DNA of 64,000 nt, taken from the NCBI GenBank assembly GCA_035531375.1, contig DATKSZ010000149.1:903-64902 (forward strand). The letters are read 5' to 3'. Positions 34,920 through 43,171 of this stretch are shown in pieces (within the stretch, counting starts at the first letter, position 1; each line of letters opens with the position of its first letter). The DNA comes from Terriglobales bacterium (lineage in GTDB: Bacteria; Acidobacteriota; Terriglobia; Terriglobales; SCQP01). Both the position numbers and the translations under genes were made by a program. The notes under the pieces are model-generated. The model was given only the letters and a program-made list of their open reading frames with translations. It ran no database searches and had not been told where the DNA came from.

Positions 34920-37900
34920 TTAGTTCAGAATCGTCAGCGTCAAGTTCAGCGCCGGCAGCGAGCCGCCGGTCATGTTGGCGCCGATGGCGATGGGCACTGC
35001 CCCCGCCGGCGGCGGCGTCCCGCCCCCGCCCAGGTTCGGCGCCGCGCTGGAGCCGCAGCCCACCAGTCCGCCGCCCAGGGCGAGGCCCAGCACCACCGCC
35101 AGGGCCCAGCCGCCGCGCCGCCCGCGGCGCTTGCGCCACCCCAGCGGCAGCAGTCCCAGCAGCGCCAGCGGCCACGCCATCGCCAGGTCGAATCCGCCCG
35201 GCGGCGGCAGCCCGGCCACGGTGGCGTCCACCGTGATGGTGAGCACGGTCGAGGCCGAGTCGCCCGCGCCGGCCAAGGTTGTCGGGATGGGATTGGGCGA
35301 GAAGCCGCAGTGCACATAGGCCGGCAGCGTGCTGGGGCAGGTGAAGGTGATGGGCGCGGAGAAGCCGTTGGGCGTGGTCACGGTGAGGGTGGTGGTGACG
35401 CTCTCGCCGCCCGAGGCCGTCAGCGACGAGGGGTTGGCGCTGATCAGGTACTGCACCGTGGCGTCTTGCGGCGTGGTGACGTTGGCGCTCTCGAAGTTGC
35501 TGTCGCCCGAGTAGGAAGCGGTGATGGCGTAGGGCGTGGCGCTGGGCGCCAGCACCGGCGACAGCACCCCGGCGTTGGAGCTCAGCGCCACCGCGCCGCC
35601 GGGGATGGCAATGCCGTTGCTGTAGAAGGTGATCGTGCCCGAGGGGTTGGGCGCGTTCCCCAGCGTCGCCGTGGTCGAGACCGTGCCGGTCAAGACCAGC
35701 GGCGTGATGCTGGCGCCGCTGGCCACGCCCCCGCTCACCGCCAGCGTCAGCGTGGTCGGCGCCTTGCCCAGGGTGTAGGAAGTGGCGTCGGCGCCCTGGC
35801 TGCTTTGGAAGTTGCCGCTGGCGTCGCTGTAGCAGGCGGTGACGGTGAGGCCGCTGCCGGCCCCCACCACCACGCCGGAGACGCTGGCGGCGCCGTTCTG
35901 CACCGTGGCCGTGGCCACGTAGGCGGAGACCGAGCAGGCCGCCCCCGCCGTCCCCACGATAAAGCCCACGCTGCCCTCGGCCACCGGCGCGCTGGCGTTG
36001 TTGCTGTTCGCCACCGTGGCGCTGAAGCTCACCGGGCCGGGATAGGTGTTGGTCGCCTCGGTGAAGCTGGCGCTGACCGCGGTCGGCGCCGCCGTCACCT
36101 GCAGCGGCACGGTGCCGGCGGTGGTGCTGGCGGCGAAGCTGCCGCTGCCGCTGTAGCTGGCCGAGACCAGGTAGCTGCCCACCGGAATGGCGCCGCTGGC
36201 GCTGGCCGTGCCGCCCTGCACCGAGGCCGCCATCAGTTGCACCGGGCTGGCACAGGCCCCGGTCGCGGGACACAGGCTGAAGGTCACCGACCCGCCCGCC
36301 ACCGATCCCCCCGTCCAGGTCACCGCCGCCGTCAGCGTGCCCGGGCCGGGATAGACCGCCGTCGCCGCCAGTCCGGTGACGGTGATCGTGGTCGATGTCG
36401 CGCTGCTCGAGGCCACCCCGTTGTTGACCAGCAGCGCCGCCCCCTGGCTGGTCGAGACCAGCACGCCGGGGCTGCCCCCCACCGGCGCGGTTCCCGCCGC
36501 CGCCAGGTTCGAATCCACCCCGGCCACCGTCCCCACCGTCGGCGGCAGCAGTTGTCCCTTCACGTTTTGATAGGCGTAGGCGACGCCATTCGCCAGCGCC
36601 ACCACGTCCGGCAGCGCCGAGCCGTAGAACTTGCCGGTGGCCAGCACCGGGTCGTAGCTGACGCAGCCGGCGTAGTTGCCCCCGGCGTTGCAGTTGGGCC
36701 CGGGAATGCTGTCGCCGGCGTAGAGCGGCTGCGCCGGCTGCGGGGTGAAGCTGCCCGCCTGCCCCGCGGTGTTGAGCAGCACCTGCACCCCCTGGCTGCC
36801 CGCCACCACGAGGTCGGGCAGGCCGTCGCCGTTGATGTCGGCCGAGGCCACCGCGCTGAAGTTGGGGTAGGGCGTTCCCACCGCCTGGCTCAACAGCGTG
36901 GGGTTGGTCGGCGCCACCAGCATGCCGCCGTTGTTTTGCAAAATCCCCACCGCCGCGCCGCCCTGAGCGGCGGTGTTGCCGCTGCACAACTCGCCGCCAT
37001 CCACCAGCGCCAGGTCGGGCTGCTTGCCCTGGAAAAAGAAGTCGGCCGCCCCCGCCACCGGGTTCACCACCGGCGGCGCCACGTACACCGGGTTGGCGAA
37101 GGTGCCATCGCCCTTGCCCAGGAACACATACACCGCCCCCAGCGAATCCCCCGTGCCGTCGTTGTTGCAGTTGTTGCCGTTTTCCGGGAGCACCAGCACC
37201 AGGTCGGCCTTGCCATCGCCGTTGACGTCGAAGGCGAACATCTGCGGCTGCGCCCCCGCCCCGGGCGTGCTGGGCCGGTAGTTGTAGCCGGGATAGCCGG
37301 GGGCCGCGGAGAGGTTGTAGCTATAGGTCGGGGTGAAGGTCCCGTCGCCGTTCGCGCCCATCACCACCACCGTGTCCGCGCCAAACAGCGCCAAGTCGCT
37401 GTTGCTCGAGGGCCCGAAGTTGCCCGCCACCTCGGCATCGGCGCCGCTGTAGCTCAGGCTGGCATTGGCGACCGTGGTCACCGGCACAGTGGTGGTGGTG
37501 GGCAGCGCCCCGCTGGCGTTGGCCAGGTAGACGGTGAAGTTGGGCTCGCCCGTCGCCAAGTCGCCGCCCAGCACCGCCAAGTCGGTCTTGCCGTCGCCGT
37601 TGAAGTCGCCGGTGGCGAAGCCGGGCGGAAAGTTGTACCCATTGCGGCCGGTGCCGGGATAGAGCGTTGCCGTGCCGCCCACCGCCCCCGCCGCGTTCAG
37701 CACATAGACGTCAATCGAGCGCTCGTCGGTGAAGCTTTGGAAAATAGGAAACGAGCCGGCGTGGACGCCGGCGCCGATGACCACGTAGCCTGGGCTGGCC
37801 AGGTTGGGCGAGTAACCGCTGGCCAGCGCCTGCTCCGGCGGGCTCAGCGCCCCGCTCGCCTGCCAGGTGCCGTTGAACGTGCCCCCGCTGCCGCTGAAGT

Positions 37901-38930
37901 TGGAGTAGGAGCTGACCTCGAGGCTGTTGGACGCGTCCAGGTAGGCGAACTCGATGCTGCTGGTTCCGCTGCTGTTCAGCACCGTCAGCGCCGAGCCCAG
38001 CGGCGATCCGCCCTGCGGCACCAGCGAGACCGCCGCGAAGGTGCCGCTGCCGTCGCTCTGGAAGGCCTGGATGGCCTGGGAGGTGTTGGTCCAGAACAGC
38101 GCCGGCAGGTTGTCGAATTCCCCCGCCGCCAGCCCGCCGCTGGTCCCGTTCAGCGAGATCTGCTGGCTGGGGGCGGGGCCGAAGGTCCCGCTGCCCTGGT
38201 TGGGGAAGATGTACAGGGCGTCGAAGGAGATGGGGCCGCACACCAGCGCCAAGTCCACCCGCCCGTTGGAGGGGCTGGTGAAGCTGCCGCCCACGATGGC
38301 GCTGCAGCGGTAGCCCGTCTGCGCCGCCGGGTAGGCGGTGCCCGCCCCGCTGGGCAGGCCGCCGCCGTTGGGCGCCAGGAAAACGGTGAACGCGCCGGCG
38401 CCGTTGGGAATGGCGGCGAGGTCGCTGAAGCCGTTGCCGTCCAGGTCGGCCACCGCCAGGGCGGCGAAGCCGCCCGTCGCCGTGATGGCGCTGGCGCTCA
38501 GGCTGAAGTTGCCGCTGCCGTCGTTGGTCAGATACACAATGCCGCTGTTGGTCGCCACCGCCAAGTCGAAGGTGGTGGCGCTGCGGAAGCCGCCGCCGGC
38601 GATGGCGTTGCCCCGCACCCCCGCTCCCAGCGACACCACCGCCGTGCTGGCAAAGCTGCCGTCGGCCTGGCCCTGGAAGATATCCACCTCGTCGCCGGCG
38701 CCGTTGGGGTTCTCCAGCAGCACGGCGAAGTCGAGCAGGCCGTTGCTGGCGTTGAACACGCCGGTGGCCACCGCCTTGGGGATGGTTCCCGCCGGCGCCT
38801 CGTAGGCGGCGGCGCCGCCCAACTGCAGCGGCGTCGCGTTCTGCGCCCCCGCGGCGGCGGCGAGGAGCAGCAGCGCGCCCACCAGCCGGATCACCCTCGC
38901 GTCCACCCCACGCCGGGACAAGTGTGTCAT
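34920..38930 (-). CDS. FG-GAP/VCBS-repeat plus Ig-like-domain surface protein (1336 aa)
   Basis: Start MTHLSRRGVDARVIRLVGALLLLAAAAGA (leader). Repeats DLDGNGFSDLA, DFNGDGKTDLA, DVNGDGKADLV, DINGDGLPDLV. Then about 5 Ig-like modules and an unusual double hydrophobic C-terminus. Confidence 0.85.
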   Translation of the reverse strand: MTHLSRRGVDARVIRLVGALLLLAAAAGAQNATPLQLGGAAAYEAPAGTIPKAVATGVFNASNGLLDFAVLLENPNGAGDEVDIFQGQADGSFASTAVVSLGAGVRGNAIAGGGFRSATTFDLAVATNSGIVYLTNDGSGNFSLSASAITATGGFAALAVADLDGNGFSDLAAIPNGAGAFTVFLAPNGGGLPSGAGTAYPAAQTGYRCSAIVGGSFTSPSNGRVDLALVCGPISFDALYIFPNQGSGTFGPAPSQQISLNGTSGGLAAGEFDNLPALFWTNTSQAIQAFQSDGSGTFAAVSLVPQGGSPLGSALTVLNSSGTSSIEFAYLDASNSLEVSSYSNFSGSGGTFNGTWQASGALSPPEQALASGYSPNLASPGYVVIGAGVHAGSFPIFQSFTDERSIDVYVLNAAGAVGGTATLYPGTGRNGYNFPPGFATGDFNGDGKTDLAVLGGDLATGEPNFTVYLANASGALPTTTTVPVTTVANASLSYSGADAEVAGNFGPSSNSDLALFGADTVVVMGANGDGTFTPTYSYNLSAAPGYPGYNYRPSTPGAGAQPQMFAFDVNGDGKADLVLVLPENGNNCNNDGTGDSLGAVYVFLGKGDGTFANPVYVAPPVVNPVAGAADFFFQGKQPDLALVDGGELCSGNTAAQGGAAVGILQNNGGMLVAPTNPTLLSQAVGTPYPNFSAVASADINGDGLPDLVVAGSQGVQVLLNTAGQAGSFTPQPAQPLYAGDSIPGPNCNAGGNYAGCVSYDPVLATGKFYGSALPDVVALANGVAYAYQNVKGQLLPPTVGTVAGVDSNLAAAGTAPVGGSPGVLVSTSQGAALLVNNGVASSSATSTTITVTGLAATAVYPGPGTLTAAVTWTGGSVAGGSVTFSLCPATGACASPVQLMAASVQGGTASASGAIPVGSYLVSASYSGSGSFAASTTAGTVPLQVTAAPTAVSASFTEATNTYPGPVSFSATVANSNNASAPVAEGSVGFIVGTAGAACSVSAYVATATVQNGAASVSGVVVGAGSGLTVTACYSDASGNFQSSQGADATSYTLGKAPTTLTLAVSGGVASGASITPLVLTGTVSTTATLGNAPNPSGTITFYSNGIAIPGGAVALSSNAGVLSPVLAPSATPYAITASYSGDSNFESANVTTPQDATVQYLISANPSSLTASGGESVTTTLTVTTPNGFSAPITFTCPSTLPAYVHCGFSPNPIPTTLAGAGDSASTVLTITVDATVAGLPPPGGFDLAMAWPLALLGLLPLGWRKRRGRRGGWALAVVLGLALGGGLVGCGSSAAPNLGGGGTPPPAGAVPIAIGANMTGGSLPALNLTLTILN

Positions 38931-39000
38931 GGTAACTCTTGTCGTGAGAGAGTCTCTGCCGGGCAGTATACACCCGCGGCGGCGCGCCGGGCGGCGGTGG

Positions 39001-39780
39001 TTACGCGCCGGCGCGCGCGGCCCGGTCCGTTCGCCGCCGGCAGCGCGCCCGCAGCCGCCGCAGGTTGAGCGCAAACTCGAGATAGTCGCGCCCCCCCAGC
39101 TTGGAATTTCCATACTGCCGCTGCCCAAAGCGAATGGGCAGCTCCACCACCGGCGCGCCGCTGAGCAGCAGCTCGGTGATCAGCGACGACTGGAAGGCGT
39201 AGCCGCGGGTCGCCAGCTTGTCCACCCGGCACCCTTGCAGGCAGCGCGCCAGCGCCGCCGCGTCGAGGCAGCGGAAGCCGGAGGTGTAGTCGTAGAGGTG
39301 GGGCAGGCCGGCGAGGCGGTGGATCAGCCAGTTGCCCACCCGGCTGGTGGCGCGCCGCCGCCAGGAGAATGCCGGGGTCGCCCCCCCGGGCGCGAAGCGC
39401 GAGCCCACCACCGCCGCCACCGCCGGCCCGCAGGCCTCGATCAGCGCCGGCAGCATCGCCGGATCGTGCTGCCAGTCGCCGTCCATCTGCACCAAAAGGC
39501 TGGGCGCCAGCGTCGCCAGCGCCTGGGCGAAGCCGCGCTGATAGGCCACCCCCAGCCCCTGCTTGCGCCCGCGCACCACCTGCATCCGGGGAAACTCGCG
39601 CTGCAAGCCCTCCAACAGCGCCGCTGAGTCGTCGCCCCCGCCCGGGCCCTCGTCGTTGACCACCACCAGCCAAAGCTCGTGGCTCAAGATGCGCGCCTGC
39701 TGCGCGAAGATGGCGGGCACCAGCGTGGGCAGATGGTGCGCCTCGCAGTAGGTGGGCAGGACGACGCAGCAGCGCGGCAT
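39001..39780 (-). CDS. GT2 glycosyltransferase (polyprenyl-phosphate sugar transferase-like)
   Basis: Start MPRCCVVLPTYCE. VVNDEGPG, DGDWQHDP (DxD-type) and SGFRC motifs. Confidence 0.85.
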   Translation of the reverse strand: MPRCCVVLPTYCEAHHLPTLVPAIFAQQARILSHELWLVVVNDEGPGGGDDSAALLEGLQREFPRMQVVRGRKQGLGVAYQRGFAQALATLAPSLLVQMDGDWQHDPAMLPALIEACGPAVAAVVGSRFAPGGATPAFSWRRRATSRVGNWLIHRLAGLPHLYDYTSGFRCLDAAALARCLQGCRVDKLATRGYAFQSSLITELLLSGAPVVELPIRFGQRQYGNSKLGGRDYLEFALNLRRLRARCRRRTDRAARAGA

Positions 39781-39794
39781 AGGGCAGGTTCCGC

Positions 39795-41951
39795 TCAGCG
39801 GCAGCGCCGCACCTGGGCCAGCAGCCGCCCCAGATCGTGCGTGGCCGGCGGCGAGGCGGCGCCGTAGCGCACCGCTTGGTAGGCGGCGACGAAGGCGGTG
39901 GCGGCGGCCAGCAGGGGCGAGCGCGGCCGCGCCGCCGCCACCTCGCCCAGCAGCTCCTCGCTGGTCTGCGCCGGCCGGGGCGCGAAGCCCGCCCGCCGCA
40001 GCGTGCGCTGGAAGCGCCGGTAGGCGCGCCGCGCCCGCCGCGCCGCCGCCTCCTCCTCCGCCGCCGCCCCGGGCCCGGCGCGCCACCAGCCCCGCCGCCG
40101 CACCGTCCAGCCCGCCAGCCCCAGCCCGCCCAAAAGCACCAGCCCCGCCGCCCCCTCCGCCCAGCCCTTCGCGCCCGCGCCGCCGCCGGCGCCGAGCTGC
40201 CGCCAGGCCGCGCTGGCCGCCGCCCCGCCTTGGCTCCAGGCCCGCGCCACGCTCTCCGCCACCCGCGTCTCCACCCCCTCCGCCAGCCGCGCCTGCCGCA
40301 GCCAGTCGTAATTGACGATCCACTCCTGCCACAGGCTGGAGAGCGCATCCAGCACCATCCCTCCCCCCCAGCCCGCCGCCGCCGCGCTCGCCCCCGCCGG
40401 GGTGGCGTCGAAGCTCATCCAGGTCCCCGGCTGGAAGCCCCGCCCCCGCCGCTCCCCCGGAAAATACGCCTCCACCCAACTGTGCGCGTCCCGCCCCCGC
40501 ACCACGTACTCGCCCGACAGCGGGTTGTAGGCGTCCACCACAAACCCGTTCACCACCCGCGTCGGGATCCCCAGCGTGCGCGCCATCACCGCCAGCGCCG
40601 AGGCGAAGTACTCGCAGTCGCCCGCCTGCTGGTCAAACAGAAACTCTGCCAGCGGGTCCGCCCCCTGCGGCAGGTCCTCCAGCGTGTACTGGTAGTGGGT
40701 CTGCAGATACCCGCTCAGCGCCTGCATCCGGTCCCAGTCGTCGCCCGGCGCGTGGGCCACGATCGAGCGCGCCAGCAGCGGAATGCGCGGGTCCAGCCCC
40801 CGCGGCAGTTGCAGGTAGGCCTGGAAGCCGAAGCGGAAGCGCACCCGCGCCCGCGGATCGCGGCGCAGCGCCTGCGGGCTGGGTTGCGCCAGGTCGGAGA
40901 CGCCGGCATAGGAGGTGCCCGCGAAGTCGGCGCCCAGGCTGGCCAGCGTCCCCGTCGCCCGGTCCCAGGCCAGCACCGGAAAGTGGGTGGAGGCGCGCAG
41001 CAGTTGCGCCGGGAAAAACAGCACCGGGCTGTTCATCGGCTCCAGCGTCACCTGGTAGCGCACCAGCTCGGGCGGCGATCCGGCGCTGTAGCGGCTCACG
41101 TCCAGCCGCCCCGCCTGGGTGCCGTACAGCCCCGGGGTGGAGTCGCTGGTCCAGCGCTGCCCATCGAAGTGGGTCAGTCCCCGCCCCCGCCACCGGATCT
41201 GCTGGAACTGGGCCGGCGTCAGCGGCGGATCGCTGCTCACCAGCCGGATGTGCATCACCGGCGTGTCGCTGCGCTCCAGGCTGGCGATCGCCCCCAGCCG
41301 CACCTCGTCGCTGAAGCCGGTCAGCCCCCGCGCCGCCGGCCGCGCCGCCCACACCCCCATCCCCGTGCGCGGCAGCAGGAAGAAGATCACCACGCTGCTC
41401 AGCGCCACCCCCAGGCTGAGCAGCAGCGAAAAGCGGAACAGCGGCCGCAGCGGCGAGCCCCCTCCCGGCGCCGCCCGCTGCGCCTCCGCCCGCGCCATTT
41501 CCTGCGCCACCAGCGTCGCCACCAGCAGCACCAAGAACAGCAGGAAGAGCACAAAAAACAGTCCCGACACCGTCAGCAGCGCTGCCGTCAACACCTCGAG
41601 AAAGGCCAGCAGTCCCAGCAACAGCGTGTCCCGGCCCGACTCCGGCGCCAGCAGCTTGCCCGCCCCCGCCAGCACCACCAGGTGCAGCGTGGCCTGCAGC
41701 AGGCTGTGCGACCACAACAGCGCGTCGCCGGCGTAGACCGGAAGGTAGAGCAGCAGCCCCGCCAACCAAACCCGGTTGGGGACGGTCAAGCTGCGCCGCC
41801 GCAAAAACCCATAGCAGCGCACCGCATAGGCGCTTCCCGCCGCCACCACAATCGGCCAGGCCAGCCGCCCGGTGCTGGCTAGGGTGAAAAACCCGGTCGC
41901 CAGCAACAGCAGCAGCAGGCCGTCGAAGTAGCGCCGCAGCGGCGTGCCCAT
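39795..41951 (-). CDS. transglutaminase-like protein with N-terminal polytopic membrane domain (TgpA/DUF3488-like)
   Basis: Six N-terminal TM helices. Core QAGDCEYFASALAVMARTLGIPTRVVNGF..GRDAHSWVE (Cys-His-Asp type). Confidence 0.85.
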   Translation of the reverse strand: MGTPLRRYFDGLLLLLLATGFFTLASTGRLAWPIVVAAGSAYAVRCYGFLRRRSLTVPNRVWLAGLLLYLPVYAGDALLWSHSLLQATLHLVVLAGAGKLLAPESGRDTLLLGLLAFLEVLTAALLTVSGLFFVLFLLFLVLLVATLVAQEMARAEAQRAAPGGGSPLRPLFRFSLLLSLGVALSSVVIFFLLPRTGMGVWAARPAARGLTGFSDEVRLGAIASLERSDTPVMHIRLVSSDPPLTPAQFQQIRWRGRGLTHFDGQRWTSDSTPGLYGTQAGRLDVSRYSAGSPPELVRYQVTLEPMNSPVLFFPAQLLRASTHFPVLAWDRATGTLASLGADFAGTSYAGVSDLAQPSPQALRRDPRARVRFRFGFQAYLQLPRGLDPRIPLLARSIVAHAPGDDWDRMQALSGYLQTHYQYTLEDLPQGADPLAEFLFDQQAGDCEYFASALAVMARTLGIPTRVVNGFVVDAYNPLSGEYVVRGRDAHSWVEAYFPGERRGRGFQPGTWMSFDATPAGASAAAAGWGGGMVLDALSSLWQEWIVNYDWLRQARLAEGVETRVAESVARAWSQGGAAASAAWRQLGAGGGAGAKGWAEGAAGLVLLGGLGLAGWTVRRRGWWRAGPGAAAEEEAAARRARRAYRRFQRTLRRAGFAPRPAQTSEELLGEVAAARPRSPLLAAATAFVAAYQAVRYGAASPPATHDLGRLLAQVRRCR

Positions 41952-42001
41952 GCTGCCAGTCTAACGCGCCTCCTCCCCGGCCGCGCTATGCTAGCGGTGG
42001 C

Positions 42002-43171
42002 ATGGGCGCGCCCTTCCATTGGGTCTTCCACACTCCTTTGGCCGAGCAGAGCGACGATTTCCTGCTCTTGGCGGGCACCCTGGCGCGCGACTTCCAGGCC
42101 GAGCTGAGCGCCGCCCCCGCCCCAGCGGGGCGCAGCGCCGATTTGGGGCCACGGGGCCCCCAAATCGGCGCAAGCACAAGCGGGACGCGCGCCGCAGGCG
42201 CGCTGGGGCCCGCGCCAACCATCGGCTGGGTGCTGCGCGCCGATTTTGCCGGCGACGAGATGGAGGCGGAGGAGCGCGGCCGCGCCTTTTGGCTGGAACT
42301 CCACAGCCGCTGCCTCGACGCCAACCTCGCCATGGAACTGGTCGAGGGCTTCGAGCCCGCCCAAGGCTGGCGTCCCGCCTCCGGCCTGGCCCCCGCGCCG
42401 GAAGCCTCCGCCGCCGCCCTGCCAGCGGCGGCCGCCGCGCTGGCCCCGCCCGCGCCGGCGGCGCTCGCCCGCCAGCGCCCGCCCATCCCCGCCCAGACCG
42501 TCTACGACCTGCTGCGCGCCGACGACCCCGACCTCGACCGCAATCTGGACGAGACCATCGCCTGGATCGAAGCCGCCGGCCTACCCGTCATCAACCTGCT
42601 CAGCTATCTCGACCTGCCGCTGTTTCGCGGCTACGCCGCCGAGCACCCCGACGAGCGCGACCAGAACCTCTTCTTGCACATGCTGCACACCTGGGCCTGC
42701 TTCCGCCGCTGGGGCGCGGTGGGCGCGGTGTTGCCGCCGGCGCTGGCCCAGGCCTTCGCCGACCCGCGCTACCTGCGGTTGAACACCACCCAGTTCCGCT
42801 CCCCCGCCCCCGCCCTCTGCCTGCAACTCGCCGACTGGTCCGAGCCGGTGCGCCCGGTGGCCGGCGGCGCCCCGCAATGGGCCAAGGAGATCTACCTCAC
42901 CCACCTGGACCCCCCCACCCCCGCCGACGACCGCGAGCTCACCCTGATGATCGTCAGCTACGACGAGCGCGGCGAGTTTGGCTTCATTCCCTTGGAGATC
43001 CCGCTCAGCCTGCCCGGCGTGGGCGAGTCCATCGCGGCTTTTTTCGCCCCCAGCGCCGGCGACGAGGAGCTGGGCGCCAACACCGAAGACCTGCATCGCC
43101 TCACCGTGCTGGCCGCCACCTATTGCCTCTATGCCACCGCCCGCGACCCCGCCCTCTACCTCGCCGGCTGA
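42002..43171 (+). CDS. hypothetical protein carrying an in-frame repeat-module insertion
   Basis: ATG start. Protein-like sequence on both sides of the repeat. No recognisable family. Confidence 0.55.
   Translation: MGAPFHWVFHTPLAEQSDDFLLLAGTLARDFQAELSAAPAPAGRSADLGPRGPQIGASTSGTRAAGALGPAPTIGWVLRADFAGDEMEAEERGRAFWLELHSRCLDANLAMELVEGFEPAQGWRPASGLAPAPEASAAALPAAAAALAPPAPAALARQRPPIPAQTVYDLLRADDPDLDRNLDETIAWIEAAGLPVINLLSYLDLPLFRGYAAEHPDERDQNLFLHMLHTWACFRRWGAVGAVLPPALAQAFADPRYLRLNTTQFRSPAPALCLQLADWSEPVRPVAGGAPQWAKEIYLTHLDPPTPADDRELTLMIVSYDERGEFGFIPLEIPLSLPGVGESIAAFFAPSAGDEELGANTEDLHRLTVLAATYCLYATARDPALYLAG
42120..42222 (+). repeat. mosaic repeat, H5 plus tail modules (copy E), inside a CDS
   Basis: GCGCAGCGCCGATTTGGGGCCACGGGGCCCCCAAATCGGCGC...GGGGCCCGCGCCAACC. 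Confidence 0.8.

Noticed and set aside
34785-39068. 1427-aa plus-strand ORF opposite the FG-GAP gene.
   Set aside because: The minus-strand product has a leader, FG-GAP calcium-binding motifs and Ig-like modules. The plus-strand product is R/G/A/H-rich with no motifs, and its 5' end is repeat sequence.
42978-43130. ATG at 42978 as the start of the DUF2029-like glycosyltransferase (the 514-aa ORF in the track).
   Set aside because: This would overlap the preceding gene by about 190 nt in another frame, and the encoded segment is P/S/A/W low complexity. The start is left uncertain (see the finding on 43131-43320).
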